64,000 nt of DNA from NCBI RefSeq assembly GCF_006345805.1, contig NC_043011.1:17806464-17870463 (forward strand), written 5' to 3'. The notes under the pieces are model-generated. The model worked only from the letters and a program-made list of their open reading frames with translations, searched no databases and was not told the DNA's origin. This document shows, one piece after another, positions 26,914 through 40,729 of this stretch. Position 1 is the stretch's first letter; each line of letters begins with the position of its first letter. Origin of the DNA: Octopus sinensis. Lineage: Eukaryota. Made by a program: the position numbers and the translations under genes.

Positions 26914-27285
26914 TTGTTGGCGCAATAGCCCAATGGTTTAGGGCAGCGGATTTCTGGTCAGAGGATCGCGGTTTCGATTCCCAGACTGGGCGTTGTGTGT
27001 GTTTATTGAGCAAAAACACCTAAAGCTCCACGAGGCTCCGGCGGTGGGGTGGGGGGGACGACCCCTGTTGCACTCTTTCGCTCCAACTTTCTTTCATTCT
27101 TTCTTCCGGTTTCTTGTCCCCGACTTCCTACGCAACCGCTGAGCCTGGATGCGCATTCCTCCATCCATCAATGCTCTCGGTGTCGGGGGTTCATCTGCTT
27201 TCTTTTCTGCGGGTCTTACGAATAGCAAAGGACTACGTTTCGGACTTCTCCTACTAGGACGAAGACAGCTACGCTCAACAACAGC
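26914..27285 (+). mobile_element. SINE with the family-B head but a different 3' tail
   Basis: GGCGCAAT.GCCC..TGGTT.AGGGCAGCGGA...AAACACCTAAAGCTCCACGAGGCTCCGGC shared with the 9244 copy; sequence after about 27110 is unrelated; possible TSD AACAGCAGCAGCA (26901-26913, 27286-27298). Confidence 0.85.
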
Positions 27286-27593
27286 AACAGCAGCAGCAGC
27301 ACCGTAGTAGTAGTAGTAGTAGTAGTGTAGTAGTAGTAGTAGTAGTAGTGGTGTTGGTGCTGGCGCTGGTATGGTGGTGATATTGAGGGTAGCAGTTAGT
27401 AGCCGCAATAGTAATATTATCATTTTTCCTGTTGTAGTCGTTATTATTACAATTGACTCTGCTCGGGGATTCCAAAGAGGAAGGGCGTGTGTCCGTGAGC
27501 TGTAAGGTTTTGTGCAACTTTTGTATTGCTGTATCTGAAAATTTGTTACGACATTTCTGTGACCTGGCTAACAGAACACTTGGGGCAAATTTA

Positions 27594-28018
27594 GGATATT
27601 TTCGGTTTGAACGGCAGTTTTTCTAGCGGTGTCATATGAAATTGTCACCCATAATTATGACCTTAGTATCGATCTATTGCATTTCAATCTGTTTTAGGAT
27701 TAGGGCTATAGTTAGGGGTGGGGGGAAGTATATCTTTTCTTCTTCATAAATGTAAATACACCCAATCTGTTTCTTAAACGCGGGACATATTTATACAGCA
27801 CAGAATGTTTTTTACTTCAATAGACCTCAGTGATTAGTCGAAATTGCAGAAATTTAAGAAAATAAAACAACAAATATCTTACAAACCATAGAATTTTCTC
27901 AATAAAGCCAAGAGAAAAAGATGTTTTATAAACACATTCTACCAGTATACGAAGTTTAAAAGTGTTTAGTTACGTGGAAATTATTTTTAAAAAACTGCCG
28001 TGCAAACCGAAAAGATCT
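27594..28018. mobile_element. Merlin-like MITE (about 425 bp, TIR GGATCTTTTCGGTTTGAACGGCAGTTTTT)
   Basis: About 29-bp TIRs beginning GG; flanks CAAATTTA/CAAATTTC (8-bp TSD, 1 mismatch); GG termini plus 8-bp TSD fit the Merlin/IS1016 superfamily. Confidence 0.85.
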
Positions 28019-28472
28019 CAAATTTCTACTTCAAAATAGAGATTTCTTCTTAGCTTTTGATTTTAAAATATGTAAATATGTCCTTGGAGAAGACTATGAG
28101 CTCTTCTTTTCTATTTGAACTCACGCCTCTGCTATCGGTAGACAGCCAAAAATATTGTTTAAATAATTGTCTCCGCTCACTCCGCGCCTTGAAAAGCAGG
28201 GAGGGGGATGATAAAAGTCTTGATAGCAAGTGCAACGCTAAGCACCTGAAAGAAAGAGAAGAAAAGAAACGCGAGAAAGAAGAAGACAAGAGCAAGGAAA
28301 TGAATGGACTCTGCTAGCTTCGTAACACCTGTGAATACAAGCCCACCCCCCATTCCCACCACTAACACTAACACACTCAACACTCAACAAAAAACAAGAA
28401 AAATCCAATGCAAAACCTAGCACTGAATTCGTTAAAGTTTCTGTAGAATCTCTAACAGACTAGAGAAACATT

Positions 28473-29199
28473 GGATCTTTTCGGTTTGAACGGCAGTTTT
28501 TTAAAATAATTTCCACGTAACTAAACACTTTTAAACTTAGTATACTGGTAGAATGTGTTTATAAAAACATCTTTTTCTCTTGGCTTTATTGAGAAAATTC
28601 TATAGTTTGTAAGATATCTGATTCGTTTGCTTCAATGTTGTTCGGACACTCAAGCGAATTACAAGCATGGTAGTGTTGAATACTTTTAGATGTCTCTTGC
28701 AGTTCTGACTGAAGTGTATCAGGTGCCTTTGGAGCTCAATTAGAAACAATGATATCACATTAACTCACATTCCGGATCTTTTCGGTTTGAACGGCAGTTT
28801 TTAACATAATTTCCACGTAACTAAACACTTTTAAACTTCGTATACTGGTAGAATGTGTTTATAAAACATCTTTTTCTCTTGGCTTTATTGAGAAAATTCT
28901 ATAGTTTGTAAGATATTTGTTGTTTTTTTCTTCAATTTCTGCAATTTCAACCAATCACTGACGTCAATTGAGGTGAAAACATTATGTGCCGTATAAATAT
29001 GTCCCACGTTTAAGAAACAGAATGGGTTTATATACATTTCTGAAGAAAATAACATACCCTTCCCCCACCCCTAACCCTAACTCTAACCCTAACCCTAAAA
29101 CAGATTGAGATGCAATAGATCGATACTAGGGTCATAATTATGGGTGACAATTTCATATGGCACCGCTAGAAAAAACTGCCGTTCCAACCGAAAAGATCC
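28473..29199. mobile_element. Composite Merlin-like MITE: partial end (28473-28616), about 155 bp unrelated DNA, then a full MITE (28774-29199)
   Basis: TIR at 28473, 28774 and 29199; perfect TSD GAAACATT at 28465-28472 and 29200-29207. Confidence 0.85.
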
Positions 29200-29207
29200 G
29201 AAACATT

Positions 29208-30663
29208 TTAGAAAGAAAAACCAAACGATGTGTTTCGAAAAACACACCTCGAGATATTATAGAAAATACAAACATACGTCTTATAATGTACAAACTATAT
29301 CTTTAAAAAATAAATATTTAGAAACTGCCACAAGGCAAGCAGTTGAAAAAAGTGAAGTCAGATTTGCTACAGTACTCAACAGCCCAGCTGAGAAACTGTG
29401 AACTTGTGCTAATTCCAAAATATTTAAGACGGTGCGTCGCCAAGATAAAATTACTGGAGATACAACCAGAAATGAACGCTTGATGGATTGTCGCAGCCGT
29501 CCTTCTCGACTTGGAGGATAAGTTCAGATTCATCAAACTAGAGAAACAAGGAAAAAACAACTGGACTGGTCAGGAATTGCAAATAATGGTTCAAATTAAC
29601 CAAGAGGTATTGGAACAAATTCCTGACCAAATCAACCTTCTAGATGTCACTAATCTGAACGTTACATTTGAGAGCAGAAGGCCAAGATGTTATCAATGCG
29701 GACATAATAACCTGGTGAAAGCCTTCTGCCTACAACAGCAATAGGAAGGCAGTTATGCCTCGATACAAACAGCACCCACACCACAACAGCTGAAGAAACC
29801 ACGGAAATAGCCCCCAAAACATATCTACGCGTCTCTGAGGCGGCGGGGAATGTTTGAAGGTCTTTGGATAGGGATAGAATTACATGTCAGTTATTTCAAA
29901 TAGTGGGCTACACTGATCACCAATTGGTGAATTGTAAGATCGACCTAGATAGTGTACGTAGACAGGGTCCCGGCAAATGGAAGTTGAACACTTTACTGCC
30001 GGCGTGCCAAGCTTACAGAGACCGGATTTAAGAGTTAGTTGAGAAAACTTTGACAGAGACAGTTGTCAAAAATAAATGGTGATATAACTTAAAAAGAGCC
30101 GCCAAAGTGGAATCCGTTACATTTAGCAAAGTTTTAGCAGTACAAGGAAATAGATGAGAGGGTGATTTGGCGAGAAAGGTAGAAGAGACGCTTAGGAAAA
30201 GGATTGCAACTGACGTACTGGCAACGAGGTTGTCCCGCGATCAACACTTCAAGCTAAGCATGAAGGTTGCATTGTCAGAGAGAAGGCACGTGCTCTGCGT
30301 CTAGAGGGAAGGAAAGCCGCCCGTTGGGCCCGGAATGCCGTGGCGCAACATAGCAACACAAGCACCATTCGGTATTTGGTGGACCAAAATGGGTGCACAG
30401 TGAAAGAGAGAAATCTGATGTGAGCGGCTTTTCAGTAGCATTTTGCTGAATTGTTCGGGACGAAAGGTGGGCCAGAACGCAATGGGCCAGAACGCTGATG
30501 GGACAGCAGAGCGCAGGATGGATTTCAATGCCGACCTAATTGGGCTGTTTCAGCTGTCAGCAAGAGATGCGGAGTGTTGCAAAAGACCGATAACAATTGA
30601 GGACGAGATAATGGGCTGCACGAGGAGAAAATCGCCCGGATTACATGGTCTGCCCTACGAGCT
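29208..30663 (+). mobile_element. Decayed L1/Tx1-clade LINE (ORF1 zinc-knuckle remnant, end of APE endonuclease, start of RT); probably extends upstream to about 28030, interrupted by MITEs
   Basis: RRPRCYQCGHNNLVKAFC (degenerate CCHC); TDHQLV...QGPGKWKLNTLL at 29912-29998; KSPGLHGLPYE at about 30628-30661; many stops and frameshifts. Confidence 0.8.
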
Positions 30664-30908
30664 TCCGAGATACTATTCCTGCCCTATACCTCATCAAAGC
30701 AACTGCCCACGTGTTAATTGCTCTAATCGTATACCAGCCATTTAGCTTCGATCGGAACACATGCCGAATTCTCCTCAAATATTCTTTCCTGTATATTTCT
30801 TTACTCTTGTGTTCCTTCATTTTATCTCTTTCAATAACACCCAGGTACTTATATCCTTCCTCTCCGACTTCCTTTATCGTTTCGCCAGATCCCAGCTTGA
30901 TCCCATGG
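30664..30908 (-). mobile_element. R4/Dong-clade LINE fragment (RT C-terminal region)
   Basis: Minus strand reads EEGYKYLGVIE...KEYLRRIRHVFRSKLNGWYTIRAINTWAVALMRYRAGI, characteristic of R4/Dong RTs; abuts a (TAT)n tract. Confidence 0.8.
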
Positions 30909-30909
30909 C

Positions 30910-30963
<54 letters not shown>

Positions 30964-30971
30964 CATTATTA

Positions 30972-31243
30972 TTCAGTAGTTTTATTTTTTATAGCGTGCT
31001 TTCTCTTCACTGCCGAGCGCAGCTCTGTGTGCCGTAGGTATGTGCTGTGATTTGTTGTGATGCTGTGATGGTTATTGTATGGAAAGTGTTCTGCGTAGGA
31101 TGTGTGCAGTGCCTAGTAGTGCAATTTTCTGTATGTTATATGTGTTTGTAAGTCCTGGTGTTTTTGTTATGTATTTGTCTGAATATTTTTTTATCATGCC
31201 TAATGCACTTACTATGATAGGAATTGTTTCTGTTTTTAGATTC

Positions 31244-31246
<3 letters not shown>
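30972..31246 (-). mobile_element. R4/Dong-clade LINE 3' end (C-terminus of RLE domain plus 3'UTR) in a (TAA)n tract, copy 1
   Basis: Minus strand WNLKTETIPIIVSALGMIKK...IQKIALLGTAHILRRTLSIQ*; flanked by (TAA)n. Confidence 0.85.
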
Positions 31247-31305
<59 letters not shown>

Positions 31306-31345
31306 TATTATTATTATTATTATTATATTATTATTATCATTATTA

Positions 31346-31737
<392 letters not shown>

Positions 31738-32368
31738 CATCATTATTATTATTATAATTAAAATGTTCTTTTGTTGTGGGGACACCCCCAGACGATGAAG
31801 TAGGGTAGCCTATATACGTAGATATAGAGGGAGAAGCCTAGACGTCAGTAGCAGTAGACTAGAGTAGCAGTCGTAGAGCACGGCTGACCAGAGTAGGAGT
31901 CGAGTTGAGTAGAAGACATCCGACCCTTTGACATAACAGCTTTTAATCTACATGTTTGTTACAAACACTCGACGAGACAAACCCAGCATCCTAGGGCGAG
32001 TGAAGCATAAAAGTTGTTACGGTATAACTGAGAGCTTGGGAAGGGGAAGTGGCAGGGACAGTAGATATCTTCATGTCTTACATTTTCGAATACTCAGGGA
32101 AAGGATAGGTATTCACAGAAGTTGTAGTTATGAAAGGTTTTAAAGTTGATCGTTTATGTTTTCTAAAACTGTAGATATGTAAGTTTAACTTATTTTGAGG
32201 TAAATTCAAAATACTCACAGGGAATTGTAGATATTCTAGTTTTGGTGAGTTATTTTTCAATTGTCCTGCTGGGTTGTATTAGTGTTTCTGTATCTTCAGT
32301 TGTGACAGGTCCAAGCAGCGAAGATACGTCCAGCAGCTGTCACTCAAGCCGCTATTATTATAATTATC

Positions 32369-32466
<98 letters not shown>

Positions 32467-33984
32467 CAGCAGCAGCAGAAGTAACAGCAGCATCATTAAC
32501 ATCGGCAACACTTCTGTCTTTTCAGCAAAGAAAAAACCGTCGTAATGTTTATGGCATATTTTATGAATCAACATATGATCCATGTTTTGAAAACGATTGA
32601 AACTTTACTCAAGCATTCAGAGTCCCAAAGTTGTTCGAATTTTATCAGGAGTTACAATACACGTTGTATCTTTCAAAAGCTGGATCTAAATTGTATAAAA
32701 AAATCTTTAATGACACAATGAAACAGAGAAATATTACACAACTAACACCTAAACCCGGATACAGTGTTGCCATCTGAATCGTTAATATACTTGATAGCAT
32801 TTTCTGCTTGCAAAACGAAATATTTTGATGCTTCCAGTAAGTAATATTGAAATATTTGTTGCCAGGAATGTGTTTAATATGTGAATTGGTGTATCTAATA
32901 GTATTACACAGCTAAACATAGAGGCTATTTAAGTAATGTACTCCTACGTAGTTAATGGTTGGTTGTACCGCTGAAGAGGAAGCCAGAAATCCTGAAATGT
33001 GCACATAAATGCGTTACCTATTTTTCTGTTTTCGATTTCATTATTTACGTACACAAAACATCGTACTGGCTCTGTATTCTTTAGAAAATCTATGGAAAAA
33101 ACAACTTAAAAAGATACAATACTGTGACACTCAAATTCTAAGTGATTCTGTTGCTGCTAGTACTGCTCTCATCGTTTGATATGTTAAATGGATTTGCCTG
33201 TACTTTTGCTAGTATCTCAACGGTTGTTTTGGTGATGGCTATATTTGTCATCGTATGTTTTGTTACACTTGTTGATTTCTATTTATCCCCTGGTCTAAAT
33301 TTTGCTATACGTGTTCTGCTGCAGCTGTTTATGTTGATTATTTCATGAACTATCACTAATGTAGAGGCAACGACCCCATTGCTTTTGTTTTGTGTTTGAT
33401 GGTGCGGTGGTTCTGATGGAAACAAATTTCTCCCTCCTACCGCAAACGGCGTCAGTTTTATCGTTGTTATTTGACACACCGTATTTTCTATAGCGAACGT
33501 TGCTATTATTGTACATGGCGATGGTGTTTTTGCACTTATGGTTGATAAGTTTGTTGTTCTTTCAGCTCTTGTTGTTATGGCAGTCTTCCTTATTGAAACT
33601 AACGCTACAGTTAGTATTATTGATAATCAAATCAGTTCTGGTAATATGGAATGTGTATTTTATTTTGGCCAGCTAATATTTCAGCTTCAGAATCGCCTTT
33701 CAATTTCCTTTCTTTCTATGCTAGCCAACCAGAAAAAGAAAACCGAGAAAGCCATCGATGCCGTTTTTGTCATGAGTACAAAAATATATTCGAGACTTTT
33801 GCACTTAGATCTGGAAAGGAAAGTTATCAGTTCTCTATAGTACTGGCGACCTTCAACAGATATAGCCAAAAGGTTAAAAAGTGCAACATATGTAACGAAA
33901 AACAGAGTAGATATTAATACAGCTTTACATATATGTTCATTTGCGATAAAATGCTTGGATGATAATGACAACAATGATTCTCCC

Positions 33985-34180
33985 TTTTAATTTTAACACA
34001 AGGCCAGTTGGTTCGAGTAGAAGGACAAGAATTTGACGAGAGAATCTTTTAACGACCAACGACGGATGGAAGCCTAAATCATAATCTGCATGAATTTGAA
34101 CTCAAAATGTAATAACTCGAAATAAATAACGCATTACATTTTTTCCAGCGCTCTAACGATTCTGCCAACCTGCCTCTTAG
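33985..34180 (-). mobile_element. Old, degenerate SINE family A copy
   Basis: ACAAGGCCAG...GAATTTGAACTCAAAATGT...CTAACGATTCTGCCAAC. Confidence 0.7.
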
Positions 34181-35789
34181 AAATTAATAATTGTAATGAC
34201 AATGATGGTGGTGGTGCTTACGGCGATAATGATAATTATAATGATAATAATAGTAATAATGATATTATCAACAACAACAACTGCAGCAACAACTATATTC
34301 ATAACCTTATATTAGCTTAGTACCAGTTAATATAAGATCAGTGAGATAAATTAAAATACTTGATTAAATGAACATAATTGAATAAATAATCATAAGTATG
34401 GCAGGTTGAGTGAATCTAGCAATATTAAGTTAGCGCAATAGGGAAGTATTGGATGTAAAGTGTATTTGAAATTAATGAGATTAATAATGTTATCGTTATT
34501 TGTAAATAGATTTTCGACAAAGATATATGCTCATGCGCAAATATATATGTGTGTAATTGGCAGCAGTAATAATTCAGTGGGGAAGATGAATAAGAATAAA
34601 TAAGAGTAACATAAATTATGAAACTATATGATGAATGAACGCATCAAAAGGTAATTACTACTTATAGATCTTATTTAATGTTATGATGTAAGAGGGGGTG
34701 CAGCATTTTCATTAAATGATATACGGTCTTCAAATTGCACATGGCGGTAGAGTACCACTTCTGCAATAGTAACAGCTAATTTTTGTCTTTAATGTTGTAC
34801 GCAAATAAAGCATTTCAAATGGAAACTATGTACCACCATTGAGTCATGGACAGTCGAATGATGCCTCTTCTCCGGTAACTAAAGAAGATAGTTTACACAA
34901 ATGCTAGGATTGGTAAGAGGAAAGTAAATAAATTTGTTTGAAGAATTCTAAAGAAGAGTAAGCCAGCACTGAGGGGAAACCACGGGTGGGAAAATATTTG
35001 GTGAGATAATTGGCCGGAATCACTAATCAAGTCAAGAACTGAATTACACAGAAAGCCAATCAAAGACCCTGTCAAAGACCATGACTATAATCTTGTTGTT
35101 GTACAGCATGACGCAACAATTCAGCATCTGAAAATTCAGCGCAGGACATCTTATTGAACTTAGGTTATTTGGGGGATGAAAGATTGAGAAGAAAAAATTC
35201 AATTATTTATTTAAAAACATGTAAAGATAAAAATACAAAATGAATCAAAAATGCTAATTTATAGTCTTTGAACCAGTAGTAAGCTAATCAAAATATCGTA
35301 GGAGATTCAAAAGGTGCTTATCTGAATTTTATCAATGATAATTAGTGTGTTGTTTTCTATCATGGCGTAAATGCAATGCCTGAGGTGAGCGAAAATTTGA
35401 CCGAACTATGGAAGTGACGAGAAAGAAATCATGCCGACTTTTATAATTGCTTTCGGTTCAAGCATTATTAATGCTCTTATTATTTTGGAAAATAAGGGAC
35501 ATTTGTCTTTGCTTATATACATATGCGTATATACCTATAATTATAATATAATAATTATTATTGTATCACTATCTTATTGATAATAAGTTCAATTAATAAA
35601 AGAAGCATCAAGCATGCATTGAATTACATGACTTTCACTTTAGTTTTCAATCGGCCCCGAAAATCTCATTTTCATCACGGGTACATAAGAAACAGATTCT
35701 CATATGGCACTGGTAAATTGCTTGAAATTTAATTCTTTAAATCATTCATAATCTATGACCACTGATATTAAATAAAATACCTATTGCCC

Positions 35790-36820
35790 ATGGCAGGTGT
35801 CACCTAGGGAGCTCATATTGTTACCGTCCAAATGGTTTTGAAGATTGCGGAATAAGTGATAATGAGATGGGGCATTATCCGGCGAATAAGGTGAGAGGGG
35901 CATCGTTTTCGATTCGAGCTGCTGCAGCCTTAGGCATCTCATGCTCGCTGTATGTGGCTGAGCAATATCCTGTGGGAAGAACACCTTTCGTCTTGAAATC
36001 AAAATATTTGTTTTTCTTCTAGCGCTGGCTTTAGCTGCTCAAGCTACTCGCAGTAGATTTCCTTTGTTATCATTTCGCTTGGGTTTACAAGTTGAAAGTG
36101 AACTAAAGATTTCATATCCCACCAAACAGCTAATAATATCTTACGTATGTGAAGCCCTTCCAAAACCTGGGGTGCCGGTGTTTCTCTTTTCTCTACTCAC
36201 TGTATTCGGCGCTTGATGGCTTTTTTAATAAAGAACCCATTTCTCGTCACCAGTCACTATTCGGGCCATAAGAGGTTCATTCGTGAGACGTGACAGCGAA
36301 GGGGAGCACACATTCATAATCTGCGCGTGATTAGACTTAGAAACTTTATGAGGAACCTGACTTTTGAGATGGCATGCATGTATCGATGAGTGGTTGAATG
36401 ACCAAATTCAAGCTTCTCTGGGGGTTCCTCAGCAATTGCTATGGGATTTTGTTCCACCAGGGATGGCAGGACGTCCTCGTCGAACTTTGCAGATCTTCCA
36501 GGACGAGTCTAGTTTTCTAGGCTGTAGTTTCAGGCTACAAATTTCTGGAACCACTGTTGACACTGGCTTACTCTTATTGTCAGATCCCCATATACTGTAT
36601 TAATATAATTTTCGTTCTGTTGTTGTCTTTATCGAACTCATAAAGCAAAATATGCCGAATATGATTCTTTGTCACTTCCATTGTAACTTTGAAAAATTAA
36701 CTACTAAAACCGAACCGCACACTTCAAAATTAGCGTTAAGGTAAATACAAGCTAAAATTACAATCTACTTTTATAGCAAGTGGAGGCGAATAATTTCTCC
36801 CGTTCCCCACTGAATTTTAG

Positions 36821-36824
<4 letters not shown>
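35790..36824 (-). mobile_element. Mariner (DD34D) transposon relic with pseudogenised transposase
   Basis: Minus strand: start MEVTKNHIRHILLYEF (ATG at 36681), VPHK, RIVTGDEKWVLY, QDIAQPH, PYSPDNAPSHYHLF; frameshifts and stops. Confidence 0.9.
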
Positions 36825-36862
<38 letters not shown>

Positions 36863-36902
36863 CTAAAATTCAGTGGGGAACGGGAGAAACTATTCGCCTC
36901 CA
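36781..36902. repeat. 122-bp near-perfect palindrome: 44-bp inverted arms around (TA)n
   Basis: Arm 36781-36824 is the reverse complement of 36859-36902 with one mismatch. Confidence 0.95.
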
Positions 36903-37181
36903 TATATATATAGTAAGCGGAAGGATATCATATTCAGGCAGATACCGAATTTATATTAGGAAAATGCCAAAGCTGCTTCATCAAGATGGTGCAGGTTTTG
37001 GTAGACGTGTTTTAGTTTTCATCAAATGTTAAAGTTTATTTCTTGGCTACTTAGAGTGTAAAGTACAATGTTGATTATAAGGAGAATGAAGTATTAGAAC
37101 ATTCAAACTTTATGTATATTTCCAGTTAGTATCTGGAAATAAACATCAAATTTGAATGTTCATATTCTTCTTTCTCGGTAT

Positions 37182-37269
<88 letters not shown>

Positions 37270-40029
37270 GTGTGTATGTACAGGTACGTAGCTATTAAAT
37301 ATTATGCGTTTAATGTGTGTATTCAGGATATTGTTTCATTCAACCTAGAAGGCATTGAAGTGGCATCACGTTAAGTACGAAGATCGGCAATAAATATTTA
37401 GATACTGTACTTATCACTCACAAACTATGTGTACATGTTACATAATTTTCACATTTGGAATTTAATTATATTATTTTTTTTCTCGATCTAAATTCCTTTT
37501 AGAACTTTAATAAGTAGATGCGTTAGATATAATTGGCGGAATTAGCATAACACATTAAAAAAGATATACTGTCAGAAATGTTCTTGCGTATACTATCAGA
37601 AATTGCCTATGGTATAAAACTGGCAATAACGAGAAATACATTTTTATCACATTCTTTCTACTTTCATTTCAATACATGCCATTCCACAAAATTTAAACAC
37701 AATAACTCACAGGTCTTGCCGTAATCTCAAAAAAACTATACTAAAGGGCAACTGTAAATACCCCGGCATCTTTCATATTACATCCTTCAAAAATGTCATT
37801 GCAAAATTTGTTGAATGTAACACACCTTCAGTTCACTGATATAGCCTGCTGTGCAGTAGAAAACTCGTTTCTTTTGAAACTTCAACTGTATGCGGCAAGA
37901 TTCAGCACATTCTGTGTTACAATATCCCAATATTGATCGTTTTACAATTGTACATTAACCAGCGGAACTTCATATTGTATCTTACATATAAATATTCCCG
38001 CTTACATATAAATATTTCACTTAACTTCTGTAAACAAAATATAATTATATCCTTACAAATAGGATTACCAAATCTCCCGAATCTGCCCAATCACAACGAC
38101 CGCTTTAAATTTTTAAAATCTTTAGATGGTGGTAACTTACAGAATCGCCATATGACCTACAGAATTACCCAGCCCTGGTCAAGTCGATTTGTCCCTAGTT
38201 GCACTCATTTGTAAGTATCTATCAACAACTTCCCAGGTTGTTATTACTATCCTAATGATCACTTGATATTATTGTAAATACTAAAATCCTATTGGATACT
38301 GCAGTGGCAAATGCAAGTTACATATTTTGTAATCCACACCTGCTATTAAGTATTTATGCAAATATCTTGAACTTCCCTACAGCATGAAGAGTAACCATCC
38401 GTATACACTACGCTTCGATACTCACCACTTTCGAGTTTCTACTCGCTATTATACGTAAATTAATCAAAGGACTACGAAGTATGTCTACCTGATAGAAATA
38501 ACAGTCAAAACTCTTATTAAATCGCATAAAAAATACACTGATGAAAACTACAGAAATCAAACGAAGGCAAAATCAGGTTAAGACAATCTACTAACATGCA
38601 TTTAAGTATTTGGACTCACGCGGCCCGGTTTCTGCATTGGTAAAATAAAACCTTAGTTTCTTCAGCACGTGTTACCATGATCAGAGACTCCAAACCTATC
38701 GCTTCGAAGTCTGTGCTGCAACTGATTCGTTTCGCGCCGAAATCATAACAGCCACCAGTGTAAAATAATCTCGATACAATTTACGAGAAAAGTAATTCAC
38801 CAAAAATTAATTTACGAAGGTGTCATTAATTCTAATAATAGAATTAATGTCACCTTCGCTATAATACATCTGTAACTCGGATCTTCTATTCTCTCTTGAC
38901 TCTTTATTTTGATTTTCGTAAATTGTCATGACACAATTAAACGCATTATTGGTATTCTACAGCAGAAATATAACTTGAAGCTATCATTTTAATTGCAATC
39001 ATATACTTTTTTCTATTGTACCACATATCTTCAAATTAGTAAATTCTGAATGGTAATTTAAGTCACAGCTGCCTCAAGAATTGCTGTTACTTGCAGTTCC
39101 GTAGCAGAATTCCTAACATCAGGCGGCTAATTTCAGCGTGATGTATAGCTAATAAATAATTAAGAAGTTATAATAGCTCATATCATAGGAGACGTTAGAG
39201 ATCATGAATAACCAACGTGTTTATAAATTTTATTTTCCACATCAGTTTTAGTTATGTTATTTATATTCCTATAGCTTTAAAAAATCACCTGGAGAGCCGT
39301 ATACGACATTTTGTGTTCGTTTGCGTTCTGAATGCTGATAACTATGGCAGTAGTAGTATTTCACTCCTATAACTCATTCCTAAGGAAATGAAAGCAATAG
39401 TACAATTTAGTCCTCACCTCTCTTATAGTGGGAAGAACTAGAAGAGTTTTAGACCGAGAATGTCATGTTGTTTGGTTTTATTTCAATGTCAGTTCTCACA
39501 TTGCCAAACCAGCCCAAGTATTTCTTGCAGACTGAGGAACTAGCGTAGTACAATCAAATCTATGTAAAGGACTGCACTTATGGCACCAAATTAGCGAAAG
39601 AGATAGATACGATAGAAATCACCTGTGTCATGGTAAGGCAAAATAAATAATTCCTCAGACATTCCACTCTTCATACGCAAGCCTTATAACTCAGGGTGAT
39701 TGTCATATTCCGAGGTTGTACATCGAATACATACGGGAATCATATTAACTCATCAACATTCCGCATAATCATAATTCGCTATATTGAATGCTACAATATT
39801 TGACATGTACTTTTGAATGAAATGTTGATTTCTTTCATGGTTGTAGAGATTTCTAGTTATTAAATAACAAAATACTTCATTTTACACTTTAATGTGTACG
39901 TTATTTCGCATTGAGTGTGATCCGCTTATCTTCTGTTTATAGTGAAATATTTGTTTCGTTGGGGATATCTAATAATTACTAAATGGATCAACAATCATCT
40001 TCCATATTAATCTCAAGAACGAAAATAAC

Positions 40030-40408
40030 ATTCCTTTCTACACTAGACACAAAAACTGAAATTATTGGTGGGAGGGGCCAGTCGATTAGACCGAAACCAG
40101 TACGCAACTAGTACTTTATTTATCGATCCCGAAAGGATGAAAGGCAAATTCGACCTCGACGGAAATTGAACAAAAAGTAAAGACAGGCGAAATACCTATT
40201 TCTTTACTACCCACAAGGGACTACACACAGAGGGAACAAACAAGGACAGAGAAACGGATTAAGTCGATTAGATCGACCCCAGTGCGTAACTGGTACTTAT
40301 TTAATCGACCCCGAAAGGATGAAAGGCAAAGTCGACCACGGCGGAGTTTGAACTCAGAACGTAGCGGCAGACGAAATACCGCTAAGCATTTCTGCCAGCT
40401 CGCTGTCT
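40030..40408 (-). mobile_element. SINE family A dimer ending in the older tail type
   Basis: Junction GAAATACCTATTTCTTTACTACCC at about 40189. Confidence 0.9.
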
Positions 40409-40729
40409 TAGTATGAAAATAATATTTGGGAAAAAAGGATATTAGTGTTCTCCTTACAGCACAACTATTTGTTGCTAAAATATTTAGTTTCTCGTTGTCT
40501 TGCCATTAAAGGCTTCAACAATCATCATCAATTACATTATCATTATATTTACCCTCATTTTCACCTCCATTCATTCGCAGACAGGATGAATAAGTGTCTA
40601 GAGATATCATACTAGACACACAACCCGTGAAATGAGATGGGTCTCCAGAATCAGTGGCTAGGTGGGCATTACTTCATCAATTCATACCTCTCTAGCTTAG
40701 GTGTATTCCTACATCAACTTCACTCTGTT

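Noticed and set aside
33142-33974. Hydrophobic ORFs resembling membrane proteins
   Set aside because: Decayed GTT/GAT-rich low-complexity sequence; frames are short and interrupted, with no family motif
39531-39632. 102-bp candidate exon (TTTCTTGCAG ... ATG|GTAAGG)
   Set aside because: All three frames contain stops; a non-coding exon cannot be supported without RNA data
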